DNA from: Amphiscolops sp. MND2022
Taxonomy: Eukaryota
Assembly: GCA_964187785.1 (NCBI GenBank)
Contig: OZ076416.1
Span: 12,400,001-12,464,000, forward strand
Length of the DNA: 64,000 bases
Direction: 5' to 3'
In this document: piece after piece, positions 22,184 through 35,800 of the stretch
Numbering within the stretch: position 1 is the first letter of the stretch
Layout: every line of letters begins with the position of its first letter
Program-made: the position numbers and the translations under genes
Notes under the pieces: model-generated
What the model saw: only the letters and a program-made list of their open reading frames with translations
What the model was told of the DNA's origin: nothing
Databases searched by the model: none

Positions 22184-23463
22184 CGGACCATCTTTCTTAA
22201 TTCCTCCAAGCAGCCGGGAGCGGAACGCCGGGGTGGAAGTGAATAAGAAAGACGGTTAAAATACTATTATGTCGACATCGTTTGCGTTGAAATTTTGGTA
22301 CAGTGAAACACTTAATGTCGACAAAATCCCATCTTTTATAAAATTCACAGTTAAAAGTAGCTAAGTTTGTTTTTGTTTCAATTTTGTTCTAAACGTGAAT
22401 TTTCATATTGTTGGAAGTGTCAAAACAAATGTCGAGACAATCCTCTAAGTATATACATTCATATTAAATAGTTTCATAGTGAAAAGTTTTCCTAGACGAA
22501 TAAAATGCGCTTTCGTGTTGGAGAGGGGTGGAGTTGAGAAGGTGTGAAACATGTTGTACCTGGGCGGATAAGAAACATTTCCATTACTTCGGCCATTTTT
22601 ATTTTCAGGACGAGACAATAGCTTCTGTAAGTTGTACTATCCTTACAAGGAAGTTTTTCTACCGACTGTACGTTTTGATGATGTCATTATTTGTGCTACT
22701 GTGTCTGCTTTTCTTTCAAATTTTTGATTAAATCGTCTAAATCGTCTGTTCTCTGTTTTCCTGAATTGCAGTTCGACTGGCTTGTGCAGTCCAAAGCTGG
22801 ACTTCTTGTTGACTGAGCTTGCGGGTGATAAATTTATTTCTGGATTAGGTTGTGTTTCAGGGGTAACGAACTCCTTCTGTTAAATTTGTATAAGAAATTA
22901 ACTTGAAAATGTTAGTTTGAATTTTTTTGTTAGTTGACTGATTGTGTTCAATGCTTTCTTTTCTGGAAGCAAAACAAAACAACCTCAACTCTTAAAATTG
23001 AGTTTTGAAAACTTCGGAACAAACTAGGATCTTCGGATAAACTTTAGATAGCAGCGCGGACTCGATCTCATAAGACGTCGATGCAATTTCATACCTCGAA
23101 ACTCATGACCGACACAGTTCCATCAATTCTATAGATAGAACCATGCCACCCATCCTTTCATGCATTTCCATATGGATGGAACAATACTGTTCCTAGCATG
23201 AAAAGGTGGTGTTTCGTAACAAATCTTCCAACAATCTGTACAACCCATGCATAATAGTTATGATAACGCAGCCAAAAACAAAACATAATGAGGTTGTATA
23301 ATTTTGGTTTATCGGGCAAATTTTTGAGCAAAATCATTATCACAGCCCATTTAAATTCATCTGAGTTTTAATTAAATGCATCTGAGACGTTAAGAATTGT
23401 GCCGCCATTTCATTACAAATTAACTTCACTCACGTTTTAAGATGCAAATTAGCCTCATCTCCA

Positions 23464-24260
23464 CCCAGTGTAAAATATCTTGAAACTCTTGCCAAGAATC
23501 TTGCAATTTCCTTAAAGCCTTGGTAAGAATAATGACAAGATTCTTACCAAGAGCGCCAAGAATATGTACGATCTTGCAAGATCTTGCCAAGAACTACAAG
23601 GAAAATGCCTAATTTTTTAGATTGAAAAAACGCACAAAAAAGGTTTTTAGTACAAAAAACCTCTCGGGAAAAACAAAGAATCTAGTCAAGAAATCCAAGA
23701 AATGCCAAAAATCTTGCCAAGAAATCCGAGAAATTTCAAGAATCTTGCCAATAAATTCGGGAAAATCCAAGAATAAGCGGGAAAAGCAAGAGATTAATGG
23801 ATGATCATGAATGCTCTTAAGCACCACTGAAATAGAGAAGAGGTGAACTGAAATTAGTATACTGTATTACTATAACGTTCCACGTCTAAAAAAGACAATA
23901 TGTCAATTGGTACCAAACTTTGTATTGTATTATTACAACGTTATTATTCTGATTCAACAATTTGGCTCCAAAATTCTTTTGGGAGGTTTCCCTGATTTCA
24001 TATTTGATATTTTTCAATATTTCCGCTGGAAATTTTCTTATAAACAAAATTCGTTCCATACGAACGCTCCTGGTTGGTGTTTAATGAAATACATAAATTA
24101 TCACAGACTTGCTAAATGCAGTTTCTACCTCCCGGATTTCTTGACAAGATTTTTCAACGATCCAAGATAATTCAAGATCTTATCAAGGGTTTCAAGAGGT
24201 AACGGGAATTTGCGGGAAAATCCAAGTTCTTGGCAAGAGTTTCAAGCTATTTACACCGGG
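23464..24260. mobile_element. CMC/EnSpm-like MITE
   Basis: ~35-bp TIR CCC(A/G)GTGTAAA...CTTGAAACTCTTGCCAAGAA, TSD CA, subterminal CTTG(C/G)CAAG repeats. Confidence 0.8.
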
Positions 24261-25791
24261 CAGCGCCCTATTTGAGAAGCAGTGATCAGAAAAGTAGTTG
24301 AGAAAACAACGTTCTGTAACGTGGTCGTGTCCGTGAGGAAAGGGGAAACATTTTCAAATTTATTGGCTGAAGTTGAAAATGCAGGCTATTTCAACAAAAT
24401 TTAAAGAAGGAACCTTACTGAATTTTCTAGGTTTCATAAAAAAATACCCTGCACGCAGGCCTGCAACATTTAAAAAGTTCCAGCAGTCTCAAATAGGCAT
24501 GAAACTTTTAGTTATATGGATTTTATCAATTACATTTAGATCATTGATAAAATCCATGTTACAAAAAGTTTCATGCCTATTTGAGACAAAAAAAGTCGAC
24601 ACCCGAAGGCACCCGGAAGAGGCTGAAAACAGAGCGAAACCCAGTGTGGTGCCATATCATCCAAGAAAATGTCGGAAAAGACCCTCCAGAATCAAGGAGC
24701 AACCTGTCAGTGGATCTTTGCAAGAACTCCGGAACCTTCTTGAATGCCCGAGGAACTCTTAGTCATTAATTTTAGTTTGATTAATGTTTTCGACAGGTTT
24801 GTGATGAAATTGGATCTAGCAGATCCCAATTTTGTTGATTTTAGATCTAATTCTGCAAATATAATGTACTTCTGCTGAACACCGTTTTTGGATCTCGGAA
24901 GTATGTAGGAAGTCGCAGGAGTACGTTAGGAACCTATGAATCGTTTTTACAGGCTTGTGGGGCGTGTCCGGACTTTGAGAGTAGAGTGCCGGCGCGTCGC
25001 CTCGGAGCTCTAATCTGAGGAGTCTCCTTAGACGTATGAGAAGTCCCCCTAGGAGACAATTTTGGGAGAAAAACTGATGCCCAGGGATGTAGTAAGACAA
25101 CGGTCTCCTGTTTAAGCACCTTAGGCATTATCCCACTTCCTAGATGTGCGCCTCTAGCCGGAAGTTACAATAAAACCCATGTTACAAAAAGTTTCAAAAT
25201 GAATAGCATGCCTATTTGAGACTGCTGGAACTTTTCAAGTATACTCTAAAATCACATTTGCTCTATCACATCTTGGTGTTAAATACACGTTCTAAATGCT
25301 CCAATTAGACAGTTTATTAAAACCGGGGATTTTCTGAATTGACTCTGTTTGGTATCGGTAATCATCGAAAACAAGCGTTAGTCAATATTTATAGCTAACA
25401 CGATTTTGAGTGTATTTTGTCATGGTTCATATGTATACATGAATTCATCGTATGGAACAATATGATTCGATGCACATTATCGTATGAAGTTAGGTGTGCT
25501 GCATCGGGGTTCCTTACGCACTTAAGGGTTTCCTAACCTTGGGGAGTAATTGAGAACTTTGTTTTTTTTTCCAATCAGCATTTTATCGGTTCAAACAATT
25601 CATCAATCAGCCTAAAGGATCTTGGGGGATCTTGGTAAAAAATTCATTTGGATTCTGCAAAAAGGGAATTTTGTCTAGATGTTTTCAATATTTTTTCGTT
25701 TTTACTCTGCTTAGAAGTTGCCTGATTTCCAAAAGCTTTTTTAATGCTTCAGATTGACTTCATAAATATGTTTCAGAAAAAATTGGGGACC

Positions 25792-28700
25792 ATGTTTCTT
25801 ATCCCCCAAGAGGCCGCGGGGTTGGACAGTCGAAACAAAGTGTACCTGGGGGGGGTTAGGATTAAGAAACATGGTCCAAAATTGTACACTATGACTCAAA
25901 TTATGCACCTTTTTAAGGGGTCTACGTTTACCCTGAAGCTCCTTTTCAGCTGCTAGCGCATTTCATCTGAAACTTTTCAGCCTTTCATTTCCATACACAA
26001 TTTCAAGATTTTTAGAGATTTGAACTTGAATTATGTGGTTGTTAAAGAGCACTGTTTCAAATAAACTTACGACGAACTTAGAAACACAAGCTATTCAATG
26101 TTAATTTTGGTTCAACAGAGCTGAGCGACAAACTTTTACAAAAACCCCGGAAAAACGAACTTGTACAATTACTAATTCGTCTCCGCTTTGAAATTTTCGC
26201 AGAGAAAATGATCGATTTTTTCTGCACCTTCTTTCTGGAAAATGTCCAGTTGAAAAATGAAGCATTTTCTTCAGGCAGCGGCTGCGGCTCAGAAAACAAA
26301 GGAAGACGAGGTTATGCAATGGATCCGAGACATCCTGAAACCCACGGGAGTCGATGTTCCAGCAGGAAGACTTCAAGACGTGCTTAAGGATGGAATTATC
26401 CTGTGCAAGTTAGCGATTTATATCGTTTTTTTGTTTTTTATATCAAAAATTATTCTAAGAAAAAATATCAAAAGTTTCATACTTTCACATCTGAGAAGGA
26501 TCTATGCAACATGCCTGGTCATGTATGTTGCATGCAAATCCCATGCATCATCATGTATGGTTAAGTATGGGTTTGCACGCAGAAATCAGAGGCATGGTTC
26601 CATAATGATATAATTCTACCATATCATGACGTTTTCGAACTATGAAACATCAAGTAAAACCCAAAAAAGATTAAGGAATGTTGAATTGCATCTTTTCCGA
26701 GGTTTAACATTAAAAAACTCGATAATTTGAATAACATTTCCATACTTTGACCTTTCAAAAGGTTTTTGAGAGAAGTATTTGTATACAGCAGTATTTTGTA
26801 ATAATTACGAAGTTGTGCAATTTTCTACAAAAATTTACGATTAATCTACAAAAAATAAAGTTGGTTTGTTACTTAAAAATGTTAAATGATTTCTAGATTG
26901 ATTCCTGCTCTTCCAGAGGGCAAGATTGGAAAGTACAACAAGAAGGCTGCTGGAAAGTTTCAGCAAGTGAGTCAATTTGTAGATCAACTTCACCATAAAA
27001 TTCTTTGATCCCTTTCAAGTTTTCCAGTCATTTTAGAGAAACTAAGTTCTCATTTCCTTACATGTAGCATGCACACATCATGATCCGTTGATAGGGATTA
27101 TAGAGTTACAGATTAATAATACAGAGAAAACTTACAGCAGAACCGAATTGAATTCTCAATCGTGATTGGTCGACAGTGGATTTTGTTTGAGTGGTGAAAC
27201 TATTATGTAACTTTGCAACCCGTCAGATTGAATGAAAGCCAGGGCATGCAAATTCTTCTATAATAACATTCGGTTTTATTGAGCGGCCAAAGTCACGGCT
27301 ATTTCTGGATCCGAAGGTGATCCAATCTATCTCAAATTCACGAGAAATCAACTTTTCATCTGTTGTCTTAGGTTTCTCGGAAGTAGAGCAATTCTTGTCG
27401 ATGATATGAAAAAATCAGTCACAATTATAGTCAAGTATCACCAACTGAAGTATTTTCCACTGAGTTTTTCCACGCCCAAAGATTACAAATTCAATTAACC
27501 TGTTCGTAATGTCTTGAAAAACCTCGTCTGTCTGCAATTCCAATCGCGGTGCCTCGAAGAATTTTTTGTCACAAAAGGGTTTTGCAAATCTATATTTTTT
27601 GGTAGATGGAAAACTCGCAGGCGTTCCAAACGGCGGTCAAGGCGTACGGTCTCCCTGACGAGGAGATCTTCCAACCGGTGGATCTGGTCGAGCACAGAAA
27701 CATCGCCCAAGTCCTAGTCTGTCTCATGGCTCTCGCTAGAAAGGTTATCTACTTTCGTTAATTCATTTTGTGTGTCCTATCTGAACAAAAAATCCAAGTT
27801 TCAGTAAGCATTTTATCCAATTTTTGTTTTTCTATAGGTTTTAAACTGCTAAAGTTGACAGCTCGTTTCCACAGTTGACCAAGCTATTGTCAGGCTGAGA
27901 AATAAATATAGCTAATAAAACTAGCAAAATTTAGGGCAGCTGAATTGCCGCCAATTTTCGGATGCATCTTTTAGGCAGCTTGATGAAATTCAATTGAAAG
28001 TTGAAAGATAAAAATTTCCGTGAGGCTTCTATAAAACTATTTTTGGCAGCCTACAAAAAACTTGCAAGAAGTTCAAGCAGTTTTTATCAGGGATGACGGT
28101 TGGTTTTAGGACCATTTTTTCTTTTGATCACAATGAAAATGAAGTGAACTTCCATCTACTTGCAATTGATGATTCTAACTGATTGTAACGTGGTTTAACT
28201 GATCCCTAGTCGAGATTCCTTGAACATTTTACATGCTACATGGAAACACACAGGCCATTTTTTTCACAAAAGATTGAAAATTCCAGGAGCCTGCGTGGAA
28301 CCATTTTTTAGGATTACATTGTAGCCTCCACTATTTGAATTAAAAATGAAAACATTTCCACCTCTTCACCGTCGCGATCACTTTTTCACGCGTAAGTTTC
28401 TCAAGTAACTTATGTAATCACCGTTAGTCAAATAGCACGATGAATATGACGCTACTTTGAAACTTATGTGACTGAAGTTTATTTGCACTAAAATTGCGGT
28501 AAAACTGATGAAGGTCTCAGCTCCTTTCAAAATTAGAACGACGTCTTAATGAAACCTGCATAACTTTGCGGCACAGAATTGCCGCCAAATTTAGGATGCA
28601 TCTTATAGGCAGCTTGATCAAATTAAATCAAATCAGTGACGTTTTAATGCATGGACGCTCTCTGAGAGTTTTATGAAATCATGGAAAATTAACTTGGTAA

Positions 28701-29468
28701 TCTACAAAAACTTGTAAAAAGTTCAAGCAGTTCCAACCAGGGATAGCGCGGAAAACGTAGTGTTACCCAATCTTGTGAAAAACCTTTTGGTCGAACCAAA
28801 AAGTTTGATTCTTACATTGACGTGAATCCGGATTTGGTGAGGCTGTCGCATATTTTGAAATAAACTTGATTTTTTTCAATGCTTGAACTGCATTAACATT
28901 TTTTTGTCCAAATTCTCGGAGTCTTGCATTCAGTTATATATAACTCAATGCATTTTGGAACTTCATCTCTATTCTGAGTAGATAGCCCCTTCGTTTACCC
29001 GCTATTCATCACACATTAAGGATTTCGAACATACTTTCTACAAACTCCATATCTCAGGTTTTAGGAATCGGAAGAAAATGTTCAACTACTTATGCACTCG
29101 TACCTTTTCTTCTCCCGACTTTCAATGAAGCTTTCAAATCTAAAAAACTGTATACGTTTTTTATAAAATTTTGCAAATTACCACAAAAGCTAAGCGGGAA
29201 GGTTTTTTTCTAGGAACTTTTAGGAACGACATTTTGTTGAGCGTATGTTCGAGCGCCCCTAATGTGAGATGAGCTTGGGAAAACGAAAAGACTATCTATT
29301 CAGCATAGAGATGAAGTTCCAAAATGATACCCTGAACTTTTCCAGGCTCAGATGAAGCCCGGCTACAATGGCCCGGTTATCGGTCCCCGGGAGTCAACAG
29401 AGAACAAGCGAGAGTTCACCGAAGAACAACTCAAGGCTGGCGAGTTCATCCCCAGCTTCTGGACCTAA
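25792..29468 (+). CDS. Calponin-family (transgelin/myophilin/Mp20-like) CH-domain protein, ~175 aa, 5 exons
   Basis: Exons 25792-25854, 26275-26408, 26897-26966, 27606-27743, 29346-29468, all phases consistent. CH-domain motifs EVMQWI, LQDVLKDGIILCKL, FQQMENSQAF..AVKAYG, EIFQPVDLVEHRNIAQVLVCLMALAR, then GPRESTENKREFTEEQLKAG. Exon 1 is the least certain. Confidence 0.88.
28204..28742. mobile_element. CMC/EnSpm-like MITE in intron 4 of the calponin-family gene
   Basis: CCCTAGTCGAG...CCAACCAGGG, TSD AT. A partial second copy ends at 28092. Confidence 0.8.
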
Positions 29469-29692
29469 CTCATGATGTAACACTATTACGTCATTGCTAT
29501 TACGTCATAGAAGCTAACTTCTCCTGGCACAGTTGAAAACGAAACTCGCTGAACTTAATATTCGTCCTTAATACTATATTCAAATTTAATAGCTGTTTCT
29601 AACACCTAAGAAGTTTCAATAATTGAAATTGAATACTGAACAAACCGGGAACGGCCAAGTCGGCTCCCCGCTCAAGGTTAAAAAAAGCAATG

Positions 29693-30173
29693 TTTTTAGT
29701 CGGCGCATTTTAGTGGAAAATGTGCCCGACTCTTACAGTGGGTAGTTTTTTTAGACGCGTAAGGTCCACTTTTTTGTTCATTTGTTCACAACTTGAAACG
29801 AACTATGGAGGTTCAAAACACTCGAACCTCAGAAGCGCGTCCAAAACGAAAAGAAAAACAAAACACGCCCAGAACCTCGGAAACACACTAAGGATCACAC
29901 CTTAGCCCCACTTTTTTTCGGCACTAGGCGACTTTTTTTGAAATTTTTTGGATTGCACCAAAGGGTACCCCTTCATTTGTTTCGATATTTTTCAACGCAA
30001 TGGATGTCAAAAAACCCCAAAGAGTCCTCCCTTTTACATTTTTCGGCACTATGACACTGTAAAAAATTTCCCAAAGAATTTTCAATGTGATTTTTGAAAA
30101 GTCAAAGGCCCCCCCCTTTTTACAATTTTGAGCCTTAGATATGGCGCCGACTTTGGCCGTTCTCGGCTTGTTT
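29693..30173 (+). mobile_element. HINE-like family 1 copy
   Basis: TTTTTAGTCGGCGC...GGCGCCGACTTTGGCCGTTCTCGGCTTGTTT. An inverted end-fragment abuts it at ~29640-29690. Confidence 0.7.
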
Positions 30174-30870
30174 ACATGTGCAAAAGTACACTTGTTAAAA
30201 TTTCATCAATTTCACAGTGCCAAATTATACCTCAAGGGATACGTAAGACTCGAACACCACTTTTTCCACATCCTGGAGACAAAATCTCTCAAAATAACTA
30301 AAAAACGAGGAAAACATTTTTTTGGAGACTCCGGTAAGTCGCATAGTGCCGAAAATCCTAAGCAGTCTTCTTTGCTCGCAAAACAATTCGTTTCTAATGA
30401 AAAACGAGAGGGTTTCGATAAAAACAAATTGGAAGTCGCATGGAAAAAACGCCGGTGTTAAATTTTGTCGTGCTGAGCAAGCAGTCTCTTAGTATCGAAA
30501 AATGTAAAAGGGAATTTTTGAACATTCATTCTGTTGCAAAACATCAAAAAATTGAAGGGGGCCCTTTAGAGACTAAAACAATTTGCGAAAAAAGTCGCAC
30601 AAAGCCGAAATAACATGCACAAAAAAATTTGGTCAAGTGCGAGACTCGAGCCCACGTCCTTCTGCTCCGCAGACCTCAAAATTCATGATCAATCGCTCTG
30701 CCAAGTGGCAGTAGAAGTTACAAGTTTAGTGCGGCAGTTAGTGGAAGCAACAGGTTATAAAGCTTATAAAATCTGTCACTTCGTCGGTGTTAAAAAAAGC
30801 CAGTGGTATAGTCAGCGATTACTACGAATCTCTTTTGAACAATTTTTTTTCATTGACCGAAAGCGAAGTT

Positions 30871-31619
30871 AAACCAGAGCCGCATATGCGGTAAAGGAGT
30901 CGGCTTAGGTCTTTTCCCTTCTGACGCGCTCCAATCCCAGTTATACAAATTTATTGAAATTGCACACATAGACCATACTATGGTGTAGAAAATGACTGTA
31001 GAAACTTTCGTTCGAATCGTTTGGACAGTTTTTGCAAAAATCGAAAAAAAGTCGAAAAATCGCTGTATTTGGCCATTTTTGGGTCAATTTTGGCTATGTT
31101 TCTCACATCCCAGCAATACGAATTTGATGAAATTACACACAAAGGACCATAATAGAGTGGGACTGTACAAAATTTTGTTCGAATCGTCTGGACAGTTTTT
31201 GCGAAAATCAAAAAAGTCGAAAAACGGCTGTTTTTGGCCATTTTTGAGTAAATTTTGGCTATGCTTCTGACATCCCAGCCACACGAATTTAATGAAATTG
31301 CACATAAAGGACCATAATATGGTGTAGAATGACTAAAATATTTCGTTCGAATCGTATCGACAGTTTTCGAGAAAATCAAAAAAAGTCGAAAAATGACTTT
31401 AGCCATTTTTGGGCTAATTTTGGCTAAGTTTCTCACAACCCAGCTATACGAATTTGATGTCTTTGCGCACGCAGGCGCCCCTTTGGCTGTAGAAGGACTG
31501 CAAAATTTTATGAAAATCGTATGGACAGTTTTTGGGAAATTTGAAAGATCGGGAGAAAAAAATGCAAGAAAACGACACGATTGCATAAGTAGTCGAAAAT
31601 TTGTTCCGACTCCTAAAAA
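30871..31619 (-). mobile_element. HINE-like family 2 with ~170-bp internal tandem unit
   Basis: Terminal palindrome CCGCATATGCGG and subTIR AGGAGTCGG at one end, CCGACTCCTAAAAA at the other. It abuts a truncated family-1 copy (~30490-30870). Confidence 0.7.
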
Positions 31620-32835
31620 CTTTTCGGTCATTTCTCTTTGAAATTTTTCCGCCACGATCCGAAAATCTCGCTACGATACTAATGGAAGCATCCGACCCAA
31701 CGGGTTGTCTTCTAACGTCTTCTCATTTTTCAGAACATTTTCTACGTCAATGAACTCGGCGCCTGTCGGAATAAAAATGTTGACATTAGCCACTACAGAT
31801 TTTCAATTCATGCTTGTCTAATCAAGTTTGTCAGTGGAAAGACACCGTTTTTGATATTGAATCAACTCGCTGGTGGTGTGGTGTGACTGTTCAACAACAT
31901 TACGATACATATGCCGCAACGAACCAGCAAGATCTTGCTAGTTCGATTATCAGCCAATAAAAACGCGTTCATGTTTCAGATACGCGTTACGAGTTTTGCT
32001 CGTTACACTATGTGATTTGGCGTTACGCGTAGAGATCAAAATACAGTAAATGACTACTTTACACTCTCTACAATTACGTACTTTGACTGAAAAAACAGGT
32101 CTGGAGAAACGTTTTTGCCACTGTTGTGTAGTTGTATCATTTTAATATACAATTATATGCTTATAGAAATGTGCTTTTGCTAATTTTTCTGGTTGTTCCT
32201 TGTCGTTAATAGTAGCAGGCGCGGCCACAGAAACTGCTCGTGTTATCTGATTGGTTGAAATCCGAACAGGCACAGTAGCGCGTAGCAGCGTAGTTCCAAG
32301 AGTGTCTTCCCGCGCCTTTCCACGGTCGCTCCGGCTCGAAGGGGAAGCAGTCGCGACCTTTGCCTGGAACCCAAAGCACATGTTAAAGACATCTTACTCT
32401 AAACAACTCAACATCTTCAATGTGCTAGCAAGGATTTTGCGAGGAATACATTCTCCCACGGAATCCAAGGATGCCAATGCCCTAGAACATGTCATTCAAT
32501 GCTAAATTAGGTCATTTTGCAGATTGAAAATGTTTTTTTCTTGAATGGTCAACCAATCTTTTTTCTGTTCTCTACTTTCATTTTTGGCGATGATTGTATA
32601 AAACTGATCAAGTTGTTTCTTGAACTCTTTGACAATGTATACATGGTATACAAACCATGGTTATATTGTCAATATCTTCCATGTCAAGCGTTCCATGTAT
32701 CATGAATTGCCATGATCTTGACAAGGGTACTTTTTGGTACCATGACTTAGAAAGATTAACCATGCTCATGACAAGCGTTCCATGGCTTCGAACACTGGGT
32801 TCATACGATAACATGTAAACCCAAATTTTAAATAA

Positions 32836-35800
32836 TCAAATGCGTTTGAAAAAAAAATTTCGTGAAAACTTGGATAAAAATTGCCCCAGTGGAAACGAAT
32901 TCATTTTTTGAGCAGGAGAGATCATGGTATTTGAGTCCGACGCGAGTGAATCCAGGGCTGGCAACATTAAAATGCATGCAAAAGTCAAGCAATTTGAAAA
33001 AAGGCATAAGTTGTAGTACCTCTTCTTGGCAAAGCGCATCTGGAGCAGTAGGCACCATTCAGGATGCGGAGTTTCTCTGTAAGATCAGCCGTGTCCACAA
33101 ACTTCTTGTTCTTCTCTATGAAGTCTTTCACAACGGGACGGTTCTCTTTGGGAACTAAAAGAAACAAACCGAGAATTTAAAAAAATATCAAATTATATTT
33201 TCGATTTCAAGATTATTTGGGAGTATGGTGTAGTGGTTATAGCATTCGGCCTGTACTGGGACGGTATCAGGTTCGAATCTCTCTCAACTCACTATTGTTG
33301 GTCCTTAAGCAAGTCCTTCATCTTGCTATGGTATGGTCAGTGCCGAAAGTACCAAATTTGGCGGAGAAAAGCAAAATAAAAAAGAGCACGGTGAGCAGTC
33401 AGACCTTTGAGACCTTGAGCGAGTCACAGCTTCAAGTCCACCATTGCTTGACCACTTGGCTGCAAATATGGTACCTTAATATCCGAATGGATTGCCGACT
33501 TAGAAAAGCAGAAGTGCCTATTCGGCGTCCGGGAAATGAAGTTCCTTCTTTTAATGACATTATGTCATCAAATTTCTGTCATTAAATATGTCATTTCTTC
33601 AAACTGATAATGCCGATATTTTTACTAGATTCATAAGTGTTGGCAATTTCGAAATGATTCACTCACTGGACACTGAAGTTTTTTTCAGATTTTTGGCCGT
33701 CAAGTATTAAAGAATCTAGACTACTCATTTTTGTCTAACATTGCACAACAGTTTTTTCACATTTATATGTGACCTGTCAGAGCGTATTTCACCGTTACTT
33801 TTCAATTTAAAAACTCTAATTGTCGCTAGGATGAAAATTATTCTAAAATTAGATATGACGTCATAAGTGTATCTACTCACTAGTCTTGACAATGGGTATA
33901 TCTTCATCAACGCCTTGTTCCAGTTTCTTGGTCAGGATAGCCAGACACCTCCGGGCACATCTCATGATTTCCAGAATGATGGGCAGGTAACTCACTGCAC
34001 CCCCAAACCTCTTCCTCGCTTCCTCCACCCCTAATCTGTACACCTGCACGAGAAAAAGAGCCCTACGTTGACTTAGTACTTATCTGTACTGACCCATGTA
34101 CAGACGAAAGCGCCACAGACAAAAGCGTCCCAGACAAACGCGCCCTAATATAAAGCGCCTCGTTAATGTTCGAGTGGATAACACCTTCCGAGCGAATAAT
34201 TAAACCTAATCGAAGGATGTCTTCAAAGAAAGTAAGAACCTTGGTTGAAAAAGAATGCAATCCTTGCATATTATGCAGTCCTTGAAGGATCTTGCGAGTA
34301 AGTGTTTTCCTTGCAATCATCTTACAAAGAAATGCAATGTTTGGAAATGCAATTGTGAAAACTCGCGGAATTTTTGACACCCCTGGTTCTCAATTTTGGG
34401 GATCTTTATCCCACTTTCTTTTCCAAATTGCGTTTTGAATACCCCATTATGTCAACTTTCAGGTCATTGGAAGATGCACTCTACAAAAATGTTTGTGGAT
34501 TGAAAAAGAACTGGGATTAATTAGTCAAAAAACGTGCTTTGTCATATTTTGTAATTCGGGGCGTTTTTGAGGCCAATTCTAACAAGATATTGCTGTTATT
34601 ACTTTGGAAACACCTACTTCATAGTGTGTGCCTCTTGCGTGCCGCGAACCTAGGTAAATTATCTGGAGCGTGTTCAAGCTTTCATTTAACCAAAAGTTTT
34701 TTTCGACTTTTCGCGGTCACTTTGAGGCAATTTTCACCAGAAGTCAGCAAGTATGTCTTCGGAAAAGTCTTCTAGACAAAGAATTTTTCCGTTTTTGAAC
34801 AGTTTCAACATTCTTAACCACGAAGTCTATTGAAAATTTGACAAAAATGAATAAGTATTTTGAAAATCGGAAAATTTTGGAGTTTTTGTCTCTTTCGGTG
34901 TAAGTTAGAGACACTTTCATTTGAAAAGTGCATTTTTAGTCGGCGCTTTTGTTTATAAAAGAGCCCGACTATTACAGTCACCCGTTTTTATTTTAAGACA
35001 GACTCGAAGCGAAGAACGTTATAATTAACGTTCAACTACTAATTACAAGTTTTGAGTTTTTTTCGGCACTGTGCGACTTTTTTCGAATTTTTTTTTGTCT
35101 CCAAAGCGTCCCACTTCAAGTTTTTTGATATTTTACAGCAAATTGAAGTTTCAAAAAGCCCAAAGGGTCTCCCCTTTCAAGTTTTTCGGCACTATGAGAC
35201 TGTTCAAAATTGTCATTTTTCGTCTGAAATTTGGTTTTCTCAGTATATATTTACCAATAATTTTTCCAAAACTATCCGAAACTTGGACGTAATATCCTGA
35301 GTAAAGCGCTATATCCGAATTTTTGAAGTTATATCCGAATTATGAAAACGTTAAAATTTGGGAGATCTCAGGGGCCATTTTTGGTCATTCTGCGGTCATT
35401 TTGGTCATTCCATAAAAAATCCAAAAATCTCTACAAATGCGTATTGCACGAAGCAAATATATGTGATTTGAACCTACAACTTGAATATAAATTTGAATTT
35501 GGAACATGGCATATTTCGTTTGAAAAACGAGGCTGATTTAAAAATTTTCCCCTCCACATATGGAATATGGGCGGAAACTAACAAAGGTCAATGAAGTAAC
35601 CTGTTGATGTGGGTAGTCGACTCTGAGCTCGTAGAAGTCGTAAGTTTTGGGCAGCATTTCCTTGATTCTGTTCAACAGGGTGATTGCTTCGCAGCAATCC
35701 AGGTTCTTCCTGATTGCAGGGGTGAAGGTCCTCTCGAAGTAGTCCACCATTTTGTAATAGTAGTCTTCGAACTTCTCGTACAAACAGAAAAACTCACGCG

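Noticed and set aside
30978-31655. 225-aa ORF (and 42107..42466, 50645..50932, 40535..40735) as genes
   Set aside because: They lie wholly inside HINE-like family 2 and translate its internal tandem unit; Phe/Lys-rich with no domain.
33219-33290. Functional tRNA-Tyr gene
   Set aside because: The acceptor and anticodon stems do not pair; kept only as a tRNA-derived relic.
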